Shown piece after piece: positions 13,901 through 28,900 of a DNA stretch of 64,000 bases. This DNA comes from Phoronis australis. Its lineage: Eukaryota; Animalia; Phoronida. The stretch covers positions 62,001 to 126,000 of the forward strand of contig NMRA01000269.1 in NCBI GenBank assembly GCA_002633005.1, written 5' to 3'. The stretch's first letter is position 1; each line of letters starts with the position of its first letter. Under the pieces are notes generated by a model that saw only the letters and a program-made list of their open reading frames with translations, made no database searches and was not told the origin of the DNA. A program made the translations under genes and the position numbers.

Positions 13901-16900
13901 ATGTTTTAGTTGAAAACAAGCATTTAAAATTGAATAAATGTTGTCCTTGGTAACAAAGGTAAACAGTTAGACGAAAAAAAATTGTTTCCACAATATTTTG
14001 TGTCTGACATCTGCATCGTTTCTCCTCCCTACCGCAGTTTTTCACTCTACTTAGTGAACAGGATATAACTGGTTTGTTAACTACAATACTAGAGTTGTCA
14101 GCTGGTATCAAATTCAGGTCCTGTCTTATTATTTGACATTGTTTCATTCAAATATTCACCTTTCTGCCACTACAAACGCTTAAGACTTCAGTTATTATTT
14201 TGATATGTTAACAATTTTTTTTCTGTTTAATAAAAATATATATGTATAACTCAAACATTTTTAAGTCTGGTCAGCACACCACCTCAGTGTGGCCACATCA
14301 CGTGACCTAATGAATGTAAAATTTACAACTGAAAAGATCCCTGCCCTAACTGGTCACGCGAGTTAGCCACAGGTGGTGTGCTGACCTGACTGAAAGCTTG
14401 TTTGCGATATACATTTCCACGCGGATTTAAGAATTACATATTTATATATATGCACAACATTCCCGCAGTGTCATCTTGCATTAACTTTGATTACCTGAGC
14501 ATAACAAGTGGCAACTCGAGTGTCCTTTTAAGTCCCTTAATATAAGCTGGTCTGATAGGTTAAGCTACGGTACATTGACTGCTACCTGTTCACATCAACG
14601 TTCTTGAGTTAAGTTGCTCTGAAAGAACCTTAATATTCATTTGTGTCTGTTTTTGAATTGTCATACCAGCCACTTGCATAGAGGTCTTGGTAACTATCTT
14701 TTTGGATTGTAGTTTTAAAAGTTTCATTTTTTATGTGGAAATACGAAACACGTTCTTGGCTGTAGGGTAAAGGAAGAAAATTGCTTTGTGTCAGTGCCGT
14801 TACGTTTCGCATATTTTCCGTTTTGCTCTTTCAGTAAAATTGATTTCCAGTGAGTAGATATATTTCCTTCATCACTTAGTACAGGAGTTATCAATTACCA
14901 GTTTAAGTTGGCTCACCTGACTAGACCTATCATGTGACATTTGTTGATGTCCATAGACCTCCCACTCCCTTAAGGAGTCATGTGACGCTTGTTGATGTCC
15001 AATCAAACACGCATTATGATAAATAGTTTTTAAGAGTGTTGAGCAGTTCAATTTTGGTGGTACTGCACCATCCAGGAATTAATGATGCAGTTGAAACTAA
15101 ATAATTTCTTTCATTTTTTGTGTTTGTGATAACTTTCAAATTAACATAATTAAAATCATTGGCCGTTTTGTGTTAACTGTTAGTAAAATGTCCTGCTAAT
15201 AGTATTACTAATTACCTATTGCATAATTTATGATTCAACCACAAAACTGTCTGTTAACCTTCAGGTGCCAATTTAATGCGGTCTCAAAAACTAGTAAAGA
15301 ATTCTTGTAGTCCTAAATGTGGCGTTTCGAACAAAACTTTTTGGATTTTACTTAATTTCCTTCTTTTTGTTGTACCCTTTGTGTCAGGTAATCTCGTGTT
15401 TTGTTTTATAATTTTTGTCTATAATCACCTGCTCTTGCACCTTTAGTACAATTGCATACCAACAATTGCCATTAAATTATCAATTATTTTTTTATGAATT
15501 GCAGTTGGGATATGAATTCAGGTGTTGACTGATTTATTTTAAACTGTTAAGCCTTTGGAAATAAATGTCAAATGAACCCTGTGTATTTACAAGTCATGCA
15601 TTTGGTATCTTTGGGGCTTGCTGGTCATTGTGTAGTCCATTGATATTTCACACTATTTATAAACATGTGTATTTTTTATATGTTTGGTTTTTATATGTGG
15701 GGCAAATGTTTAACACCACAGGTGATTAATGGTATTAATGATTTTCGTCCTCGCATTCCTGGCCTGGTGTTCTCCAAGCAATGATACTTACAACTGTTAA
15801 ATCAAGTCCACTCCAATCATTAGACATTTTTAAACTATGATGAGGGTGATATATTTGTCAAGCACAAGACAATTGAGTTGGTGTTCGGAAGTTATCACTA
15901 CATTAGGAATAAATTTATCGCTCACAGTGTTGGGTGGAGAAAGCAGGTCAGTGACACCCCCACTGGCTCAGGGAAACTGTGAACCTCAACCATTGGACAG
16001 TCACCAGCACCTAGATGTTTGCAAAATTACCATGACCATTTCAAGAAAATGAAACTGAATTTAGAAAAAAGTATCTTTTCATAAACTTATACACTCCTTG
16101 GTTGTATTAGTAATTCTGGGCTTCTCTCCAAAACTGCGGCGTCTATGCGACTGGGCCTTTAGTCAAGCATAATTGCTCTCACCTACTGTTGTTGATGCGT
16201 TGCTGAGATAAGTAGGTGTAAAAGGTTTCCACGTGACAGTAAAATTACTGAGACTGAAAGTCGAGCCTAAATTAAATTTTTCTTGATTCTGAAGATTGGG
16301 ACAAATGCGATTTTGCCGTTCATTACAGTGTTCCAGGACACTTGACAGTTCATAAGTGATTAAAAAATAATTGCCGGTGCAAAATTTTCTTGCATCTCCG
16401 TAGTGTGTTAAGGTTAGGGTGGTTGGTCTTAATTTGTTTATTTAGGACGGTCAGTATTTCCTCTTTCAAAAATTTGTTACAATCTCTGGCCTTGAGCAAA
16501 ATATTAATTTTTCACACTAGTCTAATGAACGGGTTTCACTCTAGAAATTCAGCTGTAGTAAATTGAGCTTATATTCCTGAGCGCCGACTCATAACACTCC
16601 TTTCAAAAAACATTCTTGCTTTTGTTTGTCAAGGGCAGTTATAGGCTTTAGTTCTGTGCTACCCTAGGCTCATAGTAAATAATTGTTATTCTTGGTTAGA
16701 CTAGAAGTGAATGGAGTTTTGAATTTGATCAATCCTTTCCATTCAGTTTTTGTCCTCTTTTAAAAGAAGCACAAACACCTTTTGGATTCCGGATGTGAAG
16801 TGTTGAACCCATTGACCTACTTTATTGGTGAAAGGTGTGCCTTTTTTCTACTCTTGTCCATTCCTTCAAAATCAAGTTTTGTACAATACTTTGAATTGTC

Positions 16901-19900
16901 TACAATGATAATACAACACAAATGCAACACACAGTTACATTTATCAAGCCTCACGATTTTTTAATTCAATTCTATTAAAAAATTTCTCTTCGAGTTCTTG
17001 TTCTGCAGTTTTTGAAATTGACAAAGAAATTTTTAATTAAACTAAAATGTTCAAAATTGGGGTTGTACAATTTAAAAATATATTTCTTTCACTTATTCAT
17101 GATTACAATTGATAGAAATATTGGTTTCCTTTTCATAAATTTTGTAATAATTTACTGTGTTTATATAACGCTGTCTAGCAGAATAGCAAGTCTTCTCACA
17201 TGTTCGGCTGTATGGGACACACAGTGCAAAACACAGAACAAACAGGTCTTTACCTTGTCAGTGTGTGTGTCCTGTCAAGTTAAGTTTTCAAAGGCTGTGT
17301 TAACAGATTATGTTGGGGATACTAACATGAAGATTAGGGTCTTTATCTGTTTGATGAGGGTTTATTTAACCAGCATTAGATACATAAAATGGTAAATTAT
17401 TCCTGAAGTTATGCTGTGTTCTCCACTGTGTTCCTGTGTGTTTGTCAGTTCAGAAATAACACATGATCTTTGACTGGACATAACATATTGTGAAGGCTGA
17501 ATGTACTTTACTTGTGTTTGGGTTCCAGTCCCAGAATATTTTGCGTGTAATTGGGTATGGTTTTGTTTCGTAGTCTGGTCGACTTACGGTAATCTGAAAA
17601 TGTGTTGTACGAAACACACAAATTATGTCACGGTTATGTGTGAGCTTTAAGACTATTATATTATATTATATTACATCATATTATATTATATTATATCATA
17701 TTATATTATACTACATTATATTATATTATATTATATAGTCCTGTTTACACTACAAAAGTTGACGTGGATCAGTTGACACGGAACAAGATGATCGGGCGCA
17801 ACTATGTGTGTAAACAGAACTGACCCAGAGCAAATTGACACCAAGGTGAAAATTTTTGTCACCCGTGTTTAAGGTAGAACAACCCATACCAAAAGACCAT
17901 GTTTGCTGCAAGCTTGCAGCAAATATGCCGCAAGCTTGCGGCAAACAATTTTGTTTGCAGCAAACCAGTCGCAATGTTTGCAGGAGTTTGCCGCTACCCG
18001 TAACTCAGCCGCACAGTTGCGCCCGATCATCTTGCTTCGCGTGAACTATACGTCTAAACATGAAACTGGGACAAGGCGGAAGGATCATCTCTATTGTGTT
18101 TGCGCAAAAACGCACATACATGATCCTTTTCGTGCATTTTCTACGATTTGCCAGTCAGCTGTTCAATGCCTCTTCTTTTAACTTTTATCATGGCCACCAT
18201 TTATTTTGTCTACTGGAAATGGTCAGAATATTACAAAGACTGGGTTCAATTCAAATGCTTGGTTATGTGCAGTAGGCCTACTCATGAAAGTGATTCTCAG
18301 CTGATAAAAAAATTCATTGAAGCAAAACTCAATGTCACAAATTAGTACACTGGGGTGAATTAGAAGTACCATAACAAGGACTGCAACAACAATAATAATA
18401 ATAATGAACTGTGACTCCCACAATTTGCAACTTTGTGGATGAGTACTCCACATTCCTGCCTACAACTTACGCCTTGCAACCGTCTCTGAGTTGTATGTGT
18501 GCAAATGGCCGCATGACACCGATCATCTTATGCCATGTCAGTAAATACGTCGTGTAAAAAGTTAATGTAACGAGAATATGGTTATGTGTGAGTTATGAGA
18601 CGTTTATTATAGTATACATTATGAAAATGTCTAGCCACTTTTTAATGTTTTTCCTAAATTATTGTATACAGTACTTTTCTTGTAAGCACATTGATTAATG
18701 GTGAACATGTGAAATTTAGTTTTGTCAAGTTTCTCAAACAAAAATAAATATTACAACATTTTTGTCTTTCATAAGCTTTGTTTGTAGTGTGTAGTGTGGA
18801 GATACATTGTTTACGGCAAGATATCACATTTTGAAAATGAGAAAAACAACAACTTAGCCCTTATTTTTATGGGGAACAAGTGAAGAACTGCTGTTTCAGT
18901 GTATTAGTTTTATGTATTTCCACTAATTCTTTTTTGTTCACATTCAGTCGCAGACATTTTCTCATGTTTTGTGCTTTTTGTTATCAAGAACTCTTTCGAA
19001 TCTTTCTTTCACAGGAAGTGAAGACATCGTCAATGGTAACCTGAAGCTCATTTTGGGTTTGGTCTGGCATCTGATCTTGCGTTATCAGATTGGCAAGACT
19101 AAATTTCCACCCAAGAAGCTCATGCTGGCCTGGTTGAACGCGGTTATCCCAGAATGCAACATTACAAACTTCACTTCAAACTGGAATGATGGAGTCGCTC
19201 TACAGTAAGTTGATGTGAAGACACTTTTTCATCAAAGTTCGCTTTAGAAGTGTCGTTAATATAAAATACTCTAGTAGTACTTATCATACCAGTAATTAGT
19301 GTTTTATGTTGTGGACTGATTAGGGATTTGGTAAACTGATGAACTTCAAAATGTGTTGTTAATGAATGTTAATAGACTAAAACATGTCTTTTTTTAAGTT
19401 TTAACATAATCCCATTTCATTTTTAAACTTTTCTCGTTTCCCTCACTCTTGCTGCAGTAGTGTGGATCAAAAATGATGACTTTTTATTATGCATTTTTGA
19501 GCACCCAGTCATGCGCATTTCTAAATAGCATTTATCAGCTGTTGATGGCATTTCATAACAGCATTGAAAATCCTACAATGCACCTTTCATCTGCACTGCC
19601 ATCTTATTGTCATCCTACCTGTACGTGTCCTCATTTTATCTGTTTGTTTACATGCCAGTTAATTATTTTATTCATTTATTTATAAGTGTATGTATTTCTG
19701 TCCGTATCTATTTATTGTTTAACTCATTACCCTACCATTAAACGTACTATGTAGAACGGACCATGATTGAAATAAGGAACTAGTACGTTTTTGTGTCATA
19801 CTGGCATGTATTGATTGTCCTTTTTATGCACCCATATATGGGTGCGTTATGCCGTCTTCCCCATCCATCCGCCTGACCGGCACCTGCTGCTGTGTATCCA

Positions 19901-22900
19901 AATTCCCTGTATGAAGTTCTATGACATTTTGCAGATATGTTCCCATAATGAATGGGATGACACCAGCGAATTTTAGGATGGATGACCACGATTTTTTTAC
20001 AGTTCTTACTATCGCTGTGCCCCCTGGTAGCAATTTTAGTTTCTGAATTTGTGTTGTGACAAGATGATTTTGGAACAGGTTCAACTTCTGGGAAGTGCAC
20101 GACTGACGAATTTTGAATTCCGACTGTTGTGGCGCCTTCTTAGGGAAAATTTTGTGTTTTTGCCAATAGCTTAATATACATCCCTTGATGGATCTTCATG
20201 AAATTTGTTGTGTGTTTCTACTGATGAGAGTAGAACTGATGTGGATTTTGGGACAAATCTGACTACTGCTAAGTGACTTCTCAGGTGGCAGTTTTGTTTT
20301 TCTTTGCTTTTGCCTTGTTATCTACCAAGTTCCCTGATGGATTTTCATGAAATGTGGCAGATAAGTTGCCATTACATATTAGGTAACAGCAGTTACAATG
20401 TTTCGAATGGATTTGACCAATGTTTTGCCCTCTAGTGGCCTTTCTGTTGTTTTTGTGTACAGTACTTTGTCTTATGCTTCGTTGTCTTCCAAACTTCTTG
20501 AAGAATCAAGATGAAAGGTGACAGTTGTGTTTTTGTTGAGACGAGCATTTCTGACTTCCTTGCACCCTCTAGAGGCAATTATTAAATTTTCTACCGTTGC
20601 ACTGTTTAGTGGGAATGTTTAAAATAATGATCATCTCTTGTATTTGCACTACTGTGTGTGATGCACATTGTAGATTCTATAGTTTTAGTTATTTTTTACT
20701 TGCACCTTAGTCTTATTTGTCATTCTTGCTTTTAGTTCATATCCTTGTCTACCTCTATCAGTCTTGGTGAAGACTTGCATTCTATATTTATTATGTTCTA
20801 TTATTGCTTAAGTGGCAATCGATGTTCAATGAATCAATCAATCAATTTCATGGCTTGAAATTTTGTTATTATCTGTTTGCAATGACAGAATGTTTACTGT
20901 ATGACTGTTTACAATTACTTTACCTTTCAGTGCTTTGTTGGACTATTGTCAGCCTGGCCTGTGCCCTAACTGGAGAACTTTGAGCAGAAGTGACAGGTAG
21001 GGTATTTCATAAGTTCCATCCTCACCCAGACTTACCTTCGGACAACTTGATCTAGTGCTACTTGCCCCACTTTAAATGCAACATCTGCACACACATATAT
21101 GATAACTGGCCCAAGGCAAAAGTTCAGTGGCTGTACGCAAATGATCAGCTAATGCGAATACGGCACAAAAAAGAAGACCGTATGTATGTATCTGCGCAAG
21201 CGGGCAGCTGATAATTACTTCCACCTTGCGTCAGATTTGCGATCTTAATGATTAGAAGTGGTGCAAGTTACCCTTGAACAAGTTACCGTACCTCAATACG
21301 GTGGAGTAAGTTGTCACAAGTGGGGTAAGTTGCACTAGTTTAAATAGTGTCCAGACTGTCCCCAAACCTAGCATCAAGTCATTCCAAGAGTAACTTATTC
21401 CAGGGTTAGTCTGTGTGTGGACGGCACTTCAAAAAGGCACAGCATTCAATATTGTAAAGTCAACTTTCCAATACTATGTTTACACGAAGATCTTCAGCAA
21501 ATGTATTCAGGCTGAAAGAAATACGTTAACAATGTTTTTAAATGTCACAATTCATAGTGCTGAATAAGCACATATCTGCCAATCAAGTTTCATGTTTCAG
21601 TTTCATGCCTTTTGGTTTCGTTTTTTGGATTCTATTTAGTTTCCATGTTAAATTTTGCTGAAAAGATGATTTTTAATTTTACAAAATGGTTATGGGAATC
21701 CTGTCTATACAGCTTGATCTCCAGTATTAATATTTAGTTTGCATCTCCTTGCGCGACTGACAGTAAATTATGTTTGCGATGCAAAATAATTTTATTGGTA
21801 GTCTGACAAAGAATTGCCTTTGATAGCTGTATAGCCGATACATTCATGGCTGATGTACAAAGGGTGTTCCTGTACAAAGAAAAGTGAAAAAATAGTTTTC
21901 CTACTGTACTAGTCATCTCAAAGTAGGGGGGTTGAGCAAGTGGAAATGAACAATATTTTAAAGGAGGTTTAATTTATTGTTTTCAGGCAAATTGAAATTT
22001 AATAGATGATTTTAATGAAGTTCTCAATGATATGAAAGGTTTTGGTGATGGTACATACTATTCTTCATATTTCAGTGTTTTCTTTCTGTGAATATTATAT
22101 TTCTACACTGCTTTTTTGCCAACTTTTCATAATTAAATGCTTGTTGTTTTTATGTGCCTATGCCAACATCACTTGTTTATTGACATGCCCTGACACCTGT
22201 TGAGTGAAAAGTACACTTCCTTGATTGATACATAAGGTTTTTGATTGAGGTCTTTTAAATGGACTTTATCGGTTTGATGGCTGAAAAACGCAGTTTTGGG
22301 ATTGTTGTTGGATGTGATAGACTTCTTGAAGTTATTAGCTTTGACCAGAGCTATAAAACAACAAAATCGACTGTGTTTCTGTGATTTCATTACAAATTTC
22401 CAATTCTCTCAGTTGTCTGCCAGACATTCGCTGACATTATGGCTGGTGCTCTTTACCGCTACTGAACGAGTGGTATTTGGTTCATTAAGCTGCAAGTGAA
22501 TTCGATTCCATGCTGCTGCTGCAAAGCCTGCAAAGCTGTGTAAAATTACTTTTCTCCACTAGAATGTTCCTTTATTGGAATAAATCGGTCTATAAAATGT
22601 CATTAGGGTAAGTGTAATTCTCTCAATACACCTTGCAGGTTGGGTAGGAATTTATTGGTTTCCATTAAATGCTACTAATCCATTGAATGAATTTCAGGAG
22701 GGTACATTATGTCACAGCTCTGCTGATGTCTTAGACCTGTTTTTGTACCGACACTCACTCACCTATGGACTAAATGTTCAATTAATTATAGCAAGTTTTG
22801 TTTTACACGTAACAGTTTTCAGTGTAAAAGTTTTAACCAGCTGATTTCATTATGGCCAGAGGACGCTTCTGCAGTTAGATTTGCTGGCATAAACTGAATT

Positions 22901-25900
22901 TATTCTCATTTTAAATTGGTGATTTTGACGTGAATGAGGAACTAATATATTATGCGGAATTTAAAATTTGATGCTTATGAGGAACTAGTATTTTACCGAC
23001 TATCAAAATTTTAGTTTTACATTAATTGAATTTTCCTTGGTAAATATGAGTCGCACACATTCGTGGTTCTCTGGTCTGTTATGATTATTTTGTGGTACAT
23101 ACAGTCAAGTGATAATTAGGCAGGGAACATTCCCGTGCATTTAATTAGTGCTTGTGCTCGATCTTTCCGGAGTTTTCCATATGTGAGCGTTAGCGGTATA
23201 CTCAAATGTGTAGCATTTTAGTTTGAAACATTAACTTGAGTCCAAATTCACTTTATAGGCCCTTTAGTATCAATACTTTATTATTTCCAGGACATTCTAC
23301 TCAATGGTATGACAGTGTAAGCCGGTTTGTTTTATAAAAGGTTATAAGGAAAAATGTTCTATGAAAAGGTTAAGGTTTTTGCATCCATGGTATTAGGAAA
23401 GTGTTTTGGTTTAGAAATTTTATCTGTGCGTATTTTTCTGAAAATTTCCCTCAGTTGGGCGTATTTACAGAAATCACTGGTAAAAGCTTTGTACGGTATT
23501 TAGGTCAGTTTAATTTTAAAGGTTGTTAATAAATTTTCCTTCTCACACAAAGACAACTAAATGTCTGTGTGTGTGTTCCAAAGCAGTTTAACCTTCCTCT
23601 AGGTTAGAGAATTGCCGTCATGCCATGGAGCTCGCTCGTGACAACTTTGGAATTCCGCTGGTGGTGAGACCAGAGGATTTATCAAGTCCTGACATGGATG
23701 AGTTATCCGGCATGACGTACCTGTCTTACTTCATGAAGCTCGACTCACCTGGATACAACGCTACGCTACGCTGGGTGCGAGACGCTAACAAACACAGTAC
23801 TGTCAACAACTTCACGGTGAGACATAAATTTTGTAGATTACGTTGATAATATGAGCAATTTTAAATTACCAAATGCAAAACTGTTATATTAGCGAACTGT
23901 TTGAAGTACTCTTTGTATAGGTACACTTTTTGGGCCCATCTGCACTTTATCAATCAGGTCAACGTCTAGTGTAATACCTATTGGAATCAGACATGACATT
24001 CGTTACGTTTTTCTAGTCAAATGAAACCTCTTTGGTAAACCAATGACAGTAAGTATTGTTATGTTGTGCACAGTTTTGTGTACAGGCATACAGAAACAAA
24101 CCTTATAAGCTTCCGCCATACTTCAATTTATACGCAGTAACAAAAGTTTTAATATCATGTTGTGACTTCTTTCGACCTCATACATTGCAAAAATTCATCG
24201 TTATGCTCGAAAACAAAGTGTTGTGCTGAACCTACAATGGTTCTGCAAGTTGGGAAGATATGCGCCTTCACATTTATGTTGTTGGAATTGATGCTAAAAA
24301 GAGGCATTCATGTCCTAAAGAACTATGCATTATAATGATTTTTCAGCACCACCACAGTGTGTATGTAGTGAGCAGCTTTGATGAACCATCAAATTAAGTG
24401 TGGTAGTTACGCAGACTTCGTACTGAAAGTTGTTTAAGACCAGCGTAGATTTTGTTCAATTAGAACTTAAAGCTCCACATGAATACAAGAATTTTCATTT
24501 CTCTTGGTGTATGCTTTGGTGACCATTGTTTTAGTAAGTGAAGAACTTTTATTGTAGACTGACTGGTCGGATGGATACGCACTCTGTGCCCTTGTAAAGT
24601 CTCTCGGTGGTAATGTCCCTGAATGGCCAAATATTGACCGCAGTGATCCAGTGGCTTCAACTCAGCTGGGTATGAAAGTTTTTTGTATTCTCTGGAATAT
24701 CATCCAGGCTCCAAGTGGAATCTTCATAAAATTTTGCGGATATGTTTCTGTTAAAGCAAGGATGGCTCATTCCCATTTCCTGACAGCTTCATCTTGTCTT
24801 GTGCACCTTGGTTGCAGTTTTGTTAGTTTGATAATAATTTTTAGTATTCCACTCTGAAGAATCATGAAATTTGGTCAATGAGTTTCTATTAAGAAAAGCA
24901 CTGTTCTAAACAGTTTTCTTTGCATCAGTCTCAATATCTAGATCGACTAGTACCCGTAGTGGCTTAGAATTTTGTTGGGGGCTGTAAATCATCGGTGTCA
25001 TTCATACACTATAGGCCTTTTGAAATTGACATGCAAGGTCAGTGAAAGGTCAAAGGTTCTTCGTGAGCCCTTCTCTATTCCTCCAACTGTCCCAGGTGTC
25101 CTGATTAACAAAGGGTTTAAGGTCCTGACTGATAAGATAATTGTTTTATTGTCCCTATGGGTTTTGAATATCTCAGCCCAAATGTTGTAAATGAAACATG
25201 TGTTGGCAACATTGTCAAAGAATGAGGACCAATGTTTGTAGTTAAAGAGAGTTTATGGTGCCAACATTCCCGTCAGTTAAATTTATTTTGTAGAAAACTA
25301 AGAAAAGACAAGATGTGCTGAAATGACTGTGATCTATTCCTCAGACTTTAAGCCTTGTCTTTGGTTGATATTTTATTACTATGTCCGTTTTTGAAACCTC
25401 AGAAATTTTTAGTTGTGGCGCCAAAAGAGTTGGCCTAAAGCCTATATTCCAAAAACTGAAGCCCATGAGCCCACTTGGAGGAGTGCTGTTTGTGGAAATT
25501 CCTGGTAAAGTCATGGTAACCAAAGGATTACACCTGCATCTTGTGTTGTGACAAGTTATTTTCTTGTGTTACTCTAATCTTTTAGTGGTTGCAATGTGCT
25601 CGCTGGGTGCATATCAACTTTCAGAGTTGCCGTTTTGGGGGAAGAGAGGATCATAATATTGAATTAAGTGTTAACGATGTGTTCCTAAAAAATTGTTGTA
25701 GACTTAGTTAGATATGCTTTCCTGGCTTTGCTTTACTTTACTTTTGTGTGTGTGTGTGTGTTGTTGAAACATTTGTTTCAATTATCTTTAGGTATTGATG
25801 GTGCCCTGGGCCTGGGTGTGGAACCAGTCCTGACGGCTGAAGAAATGGTCGACTCACAGGGCGAACATCTCGGGGTGATGGCATATGCGGCTTACTTTCA

Positions 25901-28900
25901 GGGAGTGAAACCAGTCAAGAACACGGCTGAACTGGTCACCTTAGCTGTGGACCTCAACAACGTGAAAGTGGGACATCCCGTAAGTCTGAGTGACATTCGG
26001 AATAAAATCTGTCTTTTGTCGAGCTAGACTTGAGGGAGGTTGGGTCTTCACCATTGTTTGTTGTTCGGTTAGTCACCAGTTCATAGCGGCATAGGAGTAA
26101 ATTTTAAGGAGAAGCTTGGAACTGGCAAAAGCCACATGACGTCAGTTAGATATTGTAGATGGAACCAGGTGACGTAGCTGCATAGCTATTGAAAAAATTA
26201 CCACTCATTTAGTACATTTGAAAACGTGCGACTGAATACGTTGGTGTGGCCATTCACGTGTCACAGTTAGAGCTGATGAGCTTTTGGGTGTAAGTAGCAC
26301 ATTCAAGGCTGAAGTAAAAACCATGTGTCTGTTAAGAGAAATCTGCCACTTACTTGCCTAAGGGGAGATTCGTTCTGTCCAAGTGTTTTTCAGTTTACAT
26401 TTTTTTTAACTTCAATGTTATTGAATATGATAGATAGGTTTCTGGTTATAAAAATCAATTGTCTCCTTCATTTCTTGTTAATATCGACTAGGGACTAGAG
26501 GCCCGTTCCAAGAAAGTGAGTTAAGTTCATTTTTGACTTAAGTCTATGATTTGCCTCAACTTCCAAACTCAAACTTCCACATCCACTAAGTTAGTCAAAG
26601 TTAAGAGAAAACTTAAGTAAAAAAAAAAAATAATAAGGTAAACTTAAGTCAAATTTAAGACCTCTTTCTTGAACGGACTTCAGACAAATTTAAGTTTTAT
26701 CTTAAAATTTAAGATTTGTCTAAGCTAAGTCAGTGTTCTTGGAACGGGCCCTAGGTTAAGATGGTTCATTGGGTAATCCCAAAAAACATTTACAAATTTT
26801 AATTAATCCTACCTTCATTTTTTTCAAATTTTGGTAGACTTAAACTTCAGCCCATGATTGCTTTCTCTCTTTTTTTCTGGATTAAATATTGAATACAAAG
26901 TTTGTATTCTCATGCAACATTTAAATTATTTCAGACAAGTTTCAAACTGGCTGTAAATGACCCAGAAATCGAATCAAAAGATTTGCGTGTGGAAGTTCAA
27001 GGTTCTAGTGGGAAGATTCCATCTACATTTGACTACCATAACCAGCAGGCCAATGGAACATTCACCGCTACAGAGCCAGGTTCGCACACGGTAAGGTTAT
27101 TCTGAGTCCGTGAAAGTTACGTGATGTTTTGTCTTTGTTGTCTGTCCACATATATGTAAATGTGGACACTTGGTTTAGATTTCTTGCATCTTCCTCTCTA
27201 TCTTCAAAACTAACTTTTAGAGTTATGTGTTTTTATTGACAGGTGAGTCATCTTTTTAGGGTAGGGTGTTGAGGTGGGCCCCCAAATCTGGGCTCTTATT
27301 TAGAACATCGATGCTAAAATGAAAAAATGTGACTCCTGTTTATACCAAGAGCTATGAATTGTGCACCATGTTGATACCTATTGAAAGTGGACTTAAAACA
27401 TGACCTGTGTTTATGCCTCGTCTGTAAAAAGTCTACCCAAATTGTATCCTCCCCTCTTGTCTAGTAACTTTTTAAGATTGAATTGCAATGGAAAATGCAA
27501 ATTTTAAAGCCAAAATTATGGAAATCTATAGGCACAGGAAATATCTGCAACTTTTCTGTCACAAAGTGGGTATCGGTGGATATTAACTTTTTAAAGTGGA
27601 AACGCTTGTCAGTATTCATACAATGCAGAGTATTATCAAAACTTGTATCAAGCAAAAATAAATTGTACCCCCATCCCATTTCCACTTAATATGATCATAA
27701 ATCCCAAATGATGAATGCACCCATCTCAACGCCATCTTCCCAATATCCTCATTACACTGACTTCCTCTGGCAGAAGCTGTTTTAGCCAACAGTACAAAGT
27801 TTAAACTTTTTTATTATTAAATTTCTATAAATTTGGTTAGTCATGCCAGTCATGTGAAAAATGTGCAAAACATAAATTCTTTCTAACTCGTATCACGCAC
27901 CATTCGTCTCTATTCCAGTTTTCCGTGTACTGCAATGACGCTTTGATTAAGGACTGTCCCATTTCGTTCAATGCCACCGGAGACAGAAGTAAGATACAAA
28001 TGAAAACAGTTGACATATGTCCTCGTGGAGCTCTCACAGAGATGAAGGTAATAAATAGTAACATGAAATTATAAATAGGTAATGTGAAATGTATCATTTT
28101 TGAAAAAATTCTAGTTTACTAATGAACTGCTTCATTTTCAAAATATGGTTTTCTAATTGACCTTTTTGTGGATAGAAAGAAATGTTGCATGGACAAACTG
28201 ACTGTGGAATATTGAGATCAAGCTAGTGTATAGTATTCAGTCATTAGGAAGCTGGGTAAATGAAATGTTCTATAAAGCTCTTTGTTGGGATGCGCACCCA
28301 TCAGTTTTTCCTCTATCTGTAAAAATCAATGATTTCCCACCCTGTATATTTTTGTATAGACTAAAGGTACTGTGTCCACTTAAGTTGCTGCGGTGTTTCA
28401 GATTGACACGTCTGCCGCAGGCGACGGTCAGGTGAGAGCTGAAGGTCTCGCACCTAGTGGAGCGACAACTGAGTTTGCTGTCAGTGGCCAAAACGGAAAC
28501 TACTCCGCCGCATTTCAACCAGATGAAACAGGTATGTGACAAAAGGCACGTCTTTGTTCGTTCTGCATTCTGCGTATGCAGAGGGCCATTTATCAGGCTG
28601 GTCTTGTGTGTGAGCCGAATGCATGGGTTCAGAAATGAAGGGCCTGTTTTTTTGATAATCTTTAATTTCTTTCAATTGAGATATATTTTACTTTTTGAGA
28701 TGGGTATGTACATAATGTTTCTGTACATGTGACAAATGACAACTGCACAATTTGTGCATTGGTGGCCACATTCAGTACACCTTCTTTAAAACCGCTAAAG
28801 TGGTATGGAGATCAGATTTGATCTTTTTTGGATATCATTCGAGTTCCCACTTTTACAGTATTATGCTATGGGCGAAGTAGAAAGTATTGACTGGTTCTGT

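Noticed and set aside
17012-17395. 127-aa ORF and similar 60-140 aa ORFs in introns (e.g. 37532-37924, 40657-41073)
   Set aside because: Composition typical of random AT-rich frames, often with non-ATG starts and no recognisable motifs.
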